Shown here piece by piece: positions 10,382 through 16,682 of a DNA stretch of 32,000 nt. Where the stretch lies: positions 1 through 32,000 of the forward strand of contig CAZPGO010000019.1 in assembly GCA_964586355.1 (NCBI GenBank), in the 5' to 3' direction. The first letter of the stretch is position 1; each line of letters begins with the position of its first letter. The stretch comes from an uncultured archaeon. GTDB taxonomy: Archaea > Iainarchaeota > Iainarchaeia > Iainarchaeales > CSSED10-239. A model generated the notes under the pieces. The model was given only the letters and a program-made list of their open reading frames with translations. It had not been told where the DNA came from and searched no databases. The position numbers were made by a program, and so were the translations under genes.

Positions 10382-10894
10382 ATGGTTGATTGGAATAAAT
10401 TTAATCAAGAGTTAAGAAATGTTATAGATACAGGAAAATTAATCTATGGTACAAATACAATAAAAAAAGAGTGTTTTGTAGGAGATCCTAAATTATTGGT
10501 TTTATCAAATACTATTGATAAGAAAAAAAAACAGGAATTTCTATATTATGCTAAATTGTTAGATATAAAAGCAATAGAATATCCAGAAAATTCATTAGAA
10601 TTAGGATCTGTTTGTGCAAAACCTTTTAGTGTGGCTATTGTTGCAGTAGTTGATTTTGGAAAGTCTTCAATAGTGGAAGTAATTGAAGCTAAAGATAGTG
10701 ATACTAAAGAAAATAAAAAAGTAATTGCAAAAAGAGTAAAAAAAGAAGAAAAAGAGATTAAGAAAAAAGCAAAAGCAACAAAAATAGAACACACAAAGAA
10801 AGCAAAAGCAGCTGATGAAATTGTAGAAGATAAGGAAGTGCCAATTACTGAGGATAAATTTTTTAAAGATATAATAAAAATAAAAAAGAAATGA
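10382..10894 (+). CDS. rpl30e: Ribosomal protein L30e (eL30) with a ~70-aa Lys/Glu-rich C-terminal extension
   Basis: The first ~100 aa 'ELRNVIDTGKLIYGTNTIKK...KLLVLSNTI...YYAKLLDIKAIEYPENSLELGSVCAKPFSVAIVAVVDFGKSSI' match the L30e pattern. It sits in the canonical position after rpoA2. Confidence 0.85.
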   Translation: MVDWNKFNQELRNVIDTGKLIYGTNTIKKECFVGDPKLLVLSNTIDKKKKQEFLYYAKLLDIKAIEYPENSLELGSVCAKPFSVAIVAVVDFGKSSIVEVIEAKDSDTKENKKVIAKRVKKEEKEIKKKAKATKIEHTKKAKAADEIVEDKEVPITEDKFFKDIIKIKKK

Positions 10895-10919
10895 ACAATA
10901 AAATTTAAGGTGAAAAATT

Positions 10920-11345
10920 ATGGCAAATGGAGAATTTTCAGCAAGAAAATTAATAAAGGATAGAAAAAAATGGACCAAAAAAGATCCAAGAGAAAAAAGA
11001 AAAATAAAAGTAAGAACTAAAAAAGGTTTGTTAAAAGGAGCACCACAAGCAAAAGGAATTGTTCTTGATAAAAAAGGTGTAACAGCAAGACAGCCAAACT
11101 CTGGTATTAGAAAATGTGTTAGAGTTCAGTTAATTAAAAATGGTAAAGAATTAACAGCATTTGCTCCAAAAGATAAAGCAATCAAATTTATTGATGCTCA
11201 CGATCAAGTAACTGTAGAAGGACTTGGTGGAAGAAAAGGTGGAGCTATTGGTGATCTTTGGGGTGTAAGATATAAGGTTGTAAAAGTAAATGGACAATCT
11301 TTAGAAATGCTTAGAAAAGGTAAAAAAGAGAAATCTAAAAGGTAG
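10920..11345 (+). CDS. rps12: Ribosomal protein S12 (uS12)
   Basis: '[65 protein letters not shown]...[15 protein letters not shown]' is near-canonical archaeal S12. GGTGA SD lies 7 nt upstream. Confidence 0.95.
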   Translation: MANGEFSARKLIKDRKKWTKKDPREKRKIKVRTKKGLLKGAPQAKGIVLDKKGVTARQPNSGIRKCVRVQLIKNGKELTAFAPKDKAIKFIDAHDQVTVEGLGGRKGGAIGDLWGVRYKVVKVNGQSLEMLRKGKKEKSKR

Positions 11346-11403
11346 ATCTTTTTTTAAAGAATACATGGTTTTCTTTAAAGTAAAAATTATAAAGGTGTAA
11401 AAT

Positions 11404-12003
11404 ATGAAATTATTTAATAAATGGGAAACAAATGCAATAAACCATAAAGATTTAGGGCTTTCAAAATATATTAATCTTAATGATAGAATTGTTCCAAACT
11501 CTTTTGGATCAACAAATAATTTAGCAAACAGAAAAACAAAGATTAATGTTATTGAAAGACTTGCAAATAAGATGATGAGATCTGGACAAGGAAAAAAGAA
11601 ACTTTCTGGTAAATATATAAGAAACAGAAACGGTTGTGGAAAAAAGGATCAATCCATTAAAAGTGTAGAAATGGCTTTTGATCACATTCATGCTGTAACA
11701 AAAGAAAATCCTGTTCAGATATTTGTACAAGCAATAGAAAACTCAGCACCAAGAGAAGACATTACCAAGTTACAGAAAGGAGATATTACTTATACTCAAT
11801 CAGTAGATCTTGCTCCAATCAAAAGACTTGATGAATCTTTAAAGAATATTGCTCTTGCTTGTTTTAAGAACACTTTTAAAACAAAAAAAGAGCCACATAT
11901 TGCATTAGCAGAAGAGATCATAGACGCTTCAAAGAATGATCAAAAAAGCTTTGCTGTAAAAAGAAAAGATGAAATTGAAAGAATTGCTCAAGGTTCAAGA
12001 TAA
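11404..12003 (+). CDS. rps7: Ribosomal protein S7 (uS7)
   Basis: 'LFNKWE', 'VIERLANKMMRSG', 'NPVQIFVQAIENSAPRED', 'LAEEIIDASKNDQKSFAVKRKDEIERIAQGSR' fit archaeal S7. GGTG SD upstream. Canonical position after rps12. Confidence 0.9.
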   Translation: MKLFNKWETNAINHKDLGLSKYINLNDRIVPNSFGSTNNLANRKTKINVIERLANKMMRSGQGKKKLSGKYIRNRNGCGKKDQSIKSVEMAFDHIHAVTKENPVQIFVQAIENSAPREDITKLQKGDITYTQSVDLAPIKRLDESLKNIALACFKNTFKTKKEPHIALAEEIIDASKNDQKSFAVKRKDEIERIAQGSR

Positions 12004-12139
12004 ATTTATTATTTATCTTATTTTTTCTATTTCTTATTTTTTATATTCGCTACTATTTTTAAATTAAATGTTTTAAAAACTATATATGAATAATATTAGT
12101 TTTTTCAAAGAAATTTAATAATTTTATGTTTTTTCAAAA

Positions 12140-12598
12140 ATGATTTTTATACCTATGCCTGTAGGAATAAAAAGCCAAAAACGGAAGTTAACGACAACTT
12201 CTCTGACAATAAAAAGACTGACAGAAAAGTCAATACGATTATCTTCTAAAATGCGTGATCTTTTTTCTATTGAAAGATCTGTAAGGGTTAAAACAGGTAT
12301 TCCAAAAAGAAATTATATTAGTGCTTTACAAAAAATATTAATAAATAGAAAAATTATTGATAAAGAAGTATTAGATATTATAATTAATGAAGAACATAAT
12401 CAAAATTCAGCTTTTAGAATTGTCTCTTTTTATTCAAAAAAATTAAAAACCAATGATAAAGATAAAATTATTAATCACATGAGAAAAAAGATAAAATTAT
12501 TATTAACTATAAACCAAGAAATAAATAACTATCTAATCAAAAAACCCAAAAATTATTCTACTTATTTTAGATATAATTTTGATGTTATTTTTTTTTGA
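12140..12598 (+). CDS. Hypothetical basic protein (152 aa), part of the insert between rps7 and fusA
   Basis: An open frame of 152 codons is very unlikely by chance in sequence this AT-rich. No SD and no family recognised. 'VKTGIPKRNYISALQK' is faintly helix-turn-helix-like. Confidence 0.4.
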   Translation: MIFIPMPVGIKSQKRKLTTTSLTIKRLTEKSIRLSSKMRDLFSIERSVRVKTGIPKRNYISALQKILINRKIIDKEVLDIIINEEHNQNSAFRIVSFYSKKLKTNDKDKIINHMRKKIKLLLTINQEINNYLIKKPKNYSTYFRYNFDVIFF

Positions 12599-12890
12599 AA
12601 TTAAATCTTCAATAGAACTAGCTATGTTTTTTTGTGGTTTGGATAAATTTGATTTAAATAAAAAGTGATTTTAATAAAATTTATTATGTTAATAAAAATG
12701 TTATTCAAATGCAAGAATTGCTCTTGTTTTTAGAAAAGAAAGGTTTGATGTTACTAAAAAGTTTAATGATATTTTAAATTCTAAAATTTAAAATTAATTT
12801 TATATTTTTATTTTTTATTTTCCACAGGACAACACCCCCAGAAAGCCTTTTAAACTATTAATTCTAAGGTATATATGTTAGGGATAATTT

Positions 12891-13770
12891 ATGCAAAATA
12901 ATTCAATAGCAATTTTTGAAAATAAAAAAATAAGAAGAATCTGGCATAATGATAAATGGTGGTTTGTTTTAGAAGATGTTGTTTTTATACTTATTGATTC
13001 TTTAGATGTTAAACAATATATAAATAAAATGAAGCAAAGAGATGAATTTCTTTCTAAGGGTACAAATTGTACACACCCTTTCTGTTAAAACAATTGGTGG
13101 ACCACAAAATATGAATTGTGCAAATACAGAAGGATTATTTAGAATTATTCAGTCCATACCTTCTCCAAAAGTAGAACCATTTAAATTATGGCTTGCAAAA
13201 GTTGGTTATCAAAGAATGCAAGAGATTGAAAATCCAGAACTTGCTCAGAAAAGAATAATTGAGATCTATAAACAAAAAGGATATTCTGATGCTTGGATAG
13301 ACAAAAGAATAAGGGGTATTGCAATTAGAGACGAATTAACTTTTGAATGGCAAAAAAGAGGAATGAAAGGAGATAAAGATTTTGTAATATTAACAGCTGA
13401 AATATCAAAAGCCACATTTGAGATGACTCCAAAAGAATACAAAAAATTTAAGGGTCTAAAAAAAGAAAATCTTAGAGATCATATGAATGATCTAGAACTA
13501 ATTTTTACACTGTTGAAAGAATCTGTTACTAAGGAATTAACAGTTAAAGAAGGTCCAGATAATTTTCCAAAAACAAAAACAATTGCAAAACGTGGTGGTG
13601 GCGTTGCTGGTATTGCCAGAAAAGTAACAGAAAAAGAGCTTAAAAGGAAAGTTTCTACTAAAGACAATTATTTAAAAATTCCAGAAAAGCAAAAAAGATT
13701 ACTAAAAAGCCCAACACCAAATAAGAAAATAAAGTATGGTATTTCTAAGAAAAAATTAAATAAAAAGTAA
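12891..13770 (+). pseudogene. Bro-N / phage-antirepressor-like (DinD-like) gene split by a frameshift
   Basis: ORF 12891-13088 encodes 'IAIFENKKIRRIWHNDKWWFVLEDVV', a Bro-N N-terminus. ORF 13042-13770, in the +1 frame, continues with 'NTEGLFRIIQSIPSPKVEPFKLWLAKVG...IRDELTFEWQKRG...KKFKGLKKENLRDHMNDLELIF...AKRGGGVAGIARK'. I recall that run as one contiguous family in bacteria, archaea and phages. The two ORFs overlap by 47 nt. Confidence 0.7.
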
Positions 13771-13953
13771 TATATATAAACTATTCTTTACAATAATATA
13801 TATTAGTATGTTGTCTATTTTTAATGGTTTTTAAGTAAATTAAAAACACTAAACAGAAACAAAAAAGTAACTAATGGGCAATAGGGCAAAAATTTATTTT
13901 TATATAAATAGAAACACAAAGGTGAAAAACAAAAAACAATTTAGGTGAAAAAA

Positions 13954-16152
13954 ATGGGAAGAAAAGAAATAGTTGCAGAACTTGCATCAAAATTAATGGC
14001 AAACACAAAAAATATTAGAAATTTAGCTATAATAGCACACATTGATCATGGTAAATCAACATTAACTGATAATTTAGTTGCTACCGCCGGATTAATCTCA
14101 AAAGAACTTGCAGGACAACAAGTTTTTATGGATTCATATGTTTTAGAACAAGAAAGAGGAATAACAATTAACTCTTCAAATGTTTCTGTTCCTTGTGATT
14201 TTTTAGGAGAAAAATATCTTATTAATATTATTGATACTCCAGGTCACGTTGACTTTGGTGGAGATGTTATAAGAGCTATGAGAGCTGTTGATGGAGCTGT
14301 TTTAGTTGTTGACTGTGTGGAAGGAGTTATGCCACAAACAGAAACTGTTTTAAGACAAGCATTAAAGGAAAGAGTAAAACCTGTTTTATTTATTAATAAA
14401 GTTGATAGACTAATAACAGAAATGAATGTTACTCCTGAGGATATGCAAAAAAGATTTGTAAAAGTAGTAATGGATATTAATAATTTAATCTCTAAAAATG
14501 CACCAGAACAATTTGTAAAAGATTGGCAAGTAAGTATTAAAGATGGATCTGTATGTTTTGGTTCTGGTTTTCATAACTGGGCATTATCTGTTCCTGCTAT
14601 GGGTAGATATGAAATTAAATTTTCAGATGTTATTGATTATTGTAAAAATGATAAACAAAAAGATCTCTCTCAAAAAATACCAATTAGTGAAGTGTTTATA
14701 GAAATGGTTTCTAAGCATTTACCAAATCCTCTAGAAGCACAAAAATACAGAGTGCCAATTATTTGGAGTGGAGATTTAGAAACACCTGAAGGAAAAGCAA
14801 TGACCGAATGTAAAGCTACTGAAGATAATGTTGCTATGATGATTACAGATGTTGTTTTAGATAAACATGCTGGAGATATTGCTTCTGGGAGAGTATATGC
14901 TGGATCTATAAAAAAAGGAATGGATCTAAAAGTACTTGGTTTAGATAAAACTGCAAAAGTTCAACAAGTAGGAATCTATTTAGGTCCTGAAAGAGTAATA
15001 TTAGATGAAGTTGTTGCAGGAAATATTGCTTGTATTGTTGGTATGAAAGAAGTATATGCTGGTCAAACACTATCAAACAAAGAAATGAATCCTTTTGAAG
15101 ACTTTATGTCTGATGTTGAACCAGTAATGACTGTGTCAATTGAAGCAAAGAATAGTAAAGATCTTCCAAAATTAATAGAAGTTGTTCACAATATTACAAA
15201 AGAAGATCCAAATATCCGAGCTGAACTAAATCAAGAAACAGGGGAGCACTTAATTTCTGGTATGGGTGAATTACATCTAGAAATAACACAATATAAAATA
15301 GAAAAAGATAATAATATCCCAATAACCGTAAGTCCACCAATTGTTGTATATTACGAAACTATTCAAAAAGCTTCTGAAGTTATTGAAGGAAAGTCCCCAA
15401 ATAAGCACAATAAGTTTAAGTTTAGAATTGAACCAATATCAGAAGAGATGTTTGCTAAAGTTAAAGCAATTAAATTTGATGGCAAAATAAGACCTAATAA
15501 AGATACAGAAATAATCAAAAAATTCCAAGAAGCTGGTTTTGGTACAGATGAAGCAAAAAATATTTGGGCTGTTCATAATAATTGTATATTGATTAATAGA
15601 ACAAAAGGTATTCAAAATCTATTTGAAACAAGAGAATTAATCATAGACGGTTTTAATGATGCTACAAAAGAAGGACCAGTAGCAAAAGAAAAAGTTTCAG
15701 GAATGATTGTTAATCTAGAAGATGCAACTCTTCACGAAGATGCAATTCATAGAGGTCCAGCACAAGTTTTACCTGCTGTAACTAGACCAATATATGCAGC
15801 TATGCTTTCAAGTGATTATACATTATTAGAACCAAAACAAAATATATCTGTTTCAGTACCACAAGATTTTATGGGTGCTGTTAATAAAGTTCTATCAGGA
15901 AGAAGAACACAAATAGAAAATATTAATATGGAAGGAGACTCTTGTGTTGTTATTGGAAAGATTCCTGTAAAGTCATTGATTGGGTTAAGTCAAGAGATGA
16001 GAGGAGAAACACAAGGAAGAGCTATTTGGACTGCAGAATATGCTGGTTACGAAAAGTTACCAAAATCTTTGCTTATGACTACAATTGCAGAGATAAGGAC
16101 TAGAAAAGGTATGGATCCTGAACCAAAGTCTGCTGAGTTTTTTATGGACTAG
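13954..16152 (+). CDS. fusA: Translation elongation factor 2 (aEF-2)
   Basis: G motifs 'AHIDHGKSTLTD', 'DTPGHVDF', 'NKVDR', and the diphthamide region 'HEDAIHRGPAQ'. I moved the start from GTG 13945 to ATG 13954 because the GTG lies inside a GGTGA SD placed 4 nt before that ATG. Confidence 0.95.
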   Translation: MGRKEIVAELASKLMANTKNIRNLAIIAHIDHGKSTLTDNLVATAGLISKELAGQQVFMDSYVLEQERGITINSSNVSVPCDFLGEKYLINIIDTPGHVDFGGDVIRAMRAVDGAVLVVDCVEGVMPQTETVLRQALKERVKPVLFINKVDRLITEMNVTPEDMQKRFVKVVMDINNLISKNAPEQFVKDWQVSIKDGSVCFGSGFHNWALSVPAMGRYEIKFSDVIDYCKNDKQKDLSQKIPISEVFIEMVSKHLPNPLEAQKYRVPIIWSGDLETPEGKAMTECKATEDNVAMMITDVVLDKHAGDIASGRVYAGSIKKGMDLKVLGLDKTAKVQQVGIYLGPERVILDEVVAGNIACIVGMKEVYAGQTLSNKEMNPFEDFMSDVEPVMTVSIEAKNSKDLPKLIEVVHNITKEDPNIRAELNQETGEHLISGMGELHLEITQYKIEKDNNIPITVSPPIVVYYETIQKASEVIEGKSPNKHNKFKFRIEPISEEMFAKVKAIKFDGKIRPNKDTEIIKKFQEAGFGTDEAKNIWAVHNNCILINRTKGIQNLFETRELIIDGFNDATKEGPVAKEKVSGMIVNLEDATLHEDAIHRGPAQVLPAVTRPIYAAMLSSDYTLLEPKQNISVSVPQDFMGAVNKVLSGRRTQIENINMEGDSCVVIGKIPVKSLIGLSQEMRGETQGRAIWTAEYAGYEKLPKSLLMTTIAEIRTRKGMDPEPKSAEFFMD

Positions 16153-16182
16153 TTTTTTTTTAACTAGTTTTTCTTTTTTTTT
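16153..16182 (+). terminator. Oligo-T tracts after fusA
   Basis: After the TAG stop there are runs of T9, T5 and T9 separated by the palindrome AACTAGTT. Confidence 0.4.
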
Positions 16183-16203
16183 AAAACCTATTTACACAAA
16201 ATG

Positions 16204-16252
16204 TTGGACAGAATTCTTTTATATTTGGACAAAAACACTAAATCTTGGACAA
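16204..16252. promoter_or_regulatory. Three phased direct repeats of TTGGACA (candidate transcription-factor site array)
   Basis: TTGGACA starts at 16204, 16225 and 16245, a spacing of 21 and 20 nt (about two helical turns). The array lies in the fusA-to-16374 intergenic region. The third copy shares the 11-mer ATCTTGGACAA with 26476-26486. Confidence 0.35.
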
Positions 16253-16284
16253 ATCTTCTTTTTTTAATCTTTTTGTAGTAAATG

Positions 16285-16293
16285 TTTATAAAT
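16285..16293 (+). promoter_or_regulatory. TATA-box candidate (TTTATAAAT) upstream of the Lys-rich ORF
   Basis: AT-rich TATA-like element inside a short direct repeat (AAATGTTTAT x2), about 85 nt upstream of ATG 16374. Other TATA-like strings follow at 16306-16318, so the assignment is ambiguous. Confidence 0.25.
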
Positions 16294-16373
16294 GTTTATG
16301 TAATATAATATAAATATTATATGTAATTCTTTTGGGGAAGAATTAAAATAAAAAACTGAAATGGAGGGATACC

Positions 16374-16598
16374 ATGGTTGCAACAAAAAAGAAAGCACCT
16401 ACTAAGAAGGTTGTAAAGAAAGCACCTGCTAAGAAGGTTGTAAAAAAACCTGTAAAGAAGGTTGTAAAGAAAGCACCTGCTAAGAAGGTTGTAAAGAAAC
16501 CTGTAAAGAAGGTTGTAAAGAAAGCACCTGCTAAAAAGGTTGTAAAGAAACCTGTAAAGAAGGTTGTAAAGAAAGCACCTGCTAAAAAGAAAAAGTAG
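16374..16598 (+). CDS. Lys-rich tandem-repeat protein (74 aa; histone H1-tail-like, candidate nucleic-acid-binding protein)
   Basis: Strong GGAGG SD at 16363-16367, 6 nt before the ATG. By my count the composition is K35 V18 A10 P8 T2 M1. The protein is built from KKAPAKKVV-KKPVKKVV units. T-rich tracts follow the stop. Confidence 0.6.
   Translation: MVATKKKAPTKKVVKKAPAKKVVKKPVKKVVKKAPAKKVVKKPVKKVVKKAPAKKVVKKPVKKVVKKAPAKKKK
16416..16568 (+). repeat. Three near-identical 51-nt tandem repeats (17-aa unit KKAPAKKVVKKPVKKVV), with partial copies on both sides (16389-16589)
   Basis: Direct reading: the units differ only at synonymous AAA/AAG positions. Confidence 0.9.
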
Positions 16599-16647
16599 GT
16601 TTTTAATTTTTTTAATTTTTTAATTTTTTCTCTTTTTATTTTTTTAT
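16599..16647 (+). terminator. T-rich tract after the Lys-rich ORF
   Basis: GTTTTTAATTTTTTTAATTTTTTAATTTTTTCTCTTTTTATTTTTTT contains several T5-T7 runs. Confidence 0.35.
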
Positions 16648-16682
16648 AAAAAAATCAAATATTTTTTAGAGATCTTAAAAAT

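Noticed and set aside
10682-10894. Lys-rich tails on several proteins (transporter C-terminus, RpoH N-terminus, L30e C-terminus, Bro-N-like C-terminus, 20360 ORF C-terminus) considered as a shared functional module
   Set aside because: In a genome this AT-rich, AAA/AAG-rich low-complexity extensions arise easily. The tails share composition, not sequence. I treat them as compositional and list RpoH and L30e individually only because of their context.
12822-12848. Isolated GC-rich island (CCACAGGACAACACCCCCAGAAAGCC) considered as a tRNA fragment or att site marking an integrated element
   Set aside because: I could not fold it or its flanks into any tRNA arm set. I found no second copy or flanking direct repeat by eye. 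It is mentioned within the insert finding but is not called as a feature.
13945-13953. Upstream alternative starts from the ORF track (GTG 13945 for fusA, TTG 18638 for dtdA, TTG 26641 for the giant ORF, ATG 24935 for pilin 2)
   Set aside because: In each case a downstream ATG fits better. For fusA the GTG lies inside the GGTGA SD. ATG 18620 gives the family-typical N-terminus and a TATA element at about -27. ATG 26656 has a GGAGAT SD and starts a clean signal peptide. ATG 24947 overlaps the upstream stop and gives a typical short class III signal.
12004-13953. Calling the rps7-fusA insert a defined mobile element (prophage, IS or integrative element)
   Set aside because: The window has no integrase, transposase or recombinase ORF, no terminal inverted repeats and no target-site duplication that I could see. 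Only 'accessory insert of probable mobile origin' is supportable.
3117-16152. Inteins, or programmed frameshifts in the RNA polymerase, ribosomal-protein and fusA genes
   Set aside because: Subunit lengths (485, 608, 863, 388 and 732 aa) are normal for split archaeal RNAP and aEF-2. The conserved motifs are collinear and uninterrupted. No Cys/Ser...HN intein boundary blocks were seen.
16389-16589. Regular 51-nt repeats considered as a possible CRISPR array or non-coding satellite
   Set aside because: The repeats are contiguous with no unique spacers between them. They are in frame in an ORF with a strong SD, and they differ only at synonymous positions. This is a coding tandem repeat, not a CRISPR array. 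No cas genes are in the window.
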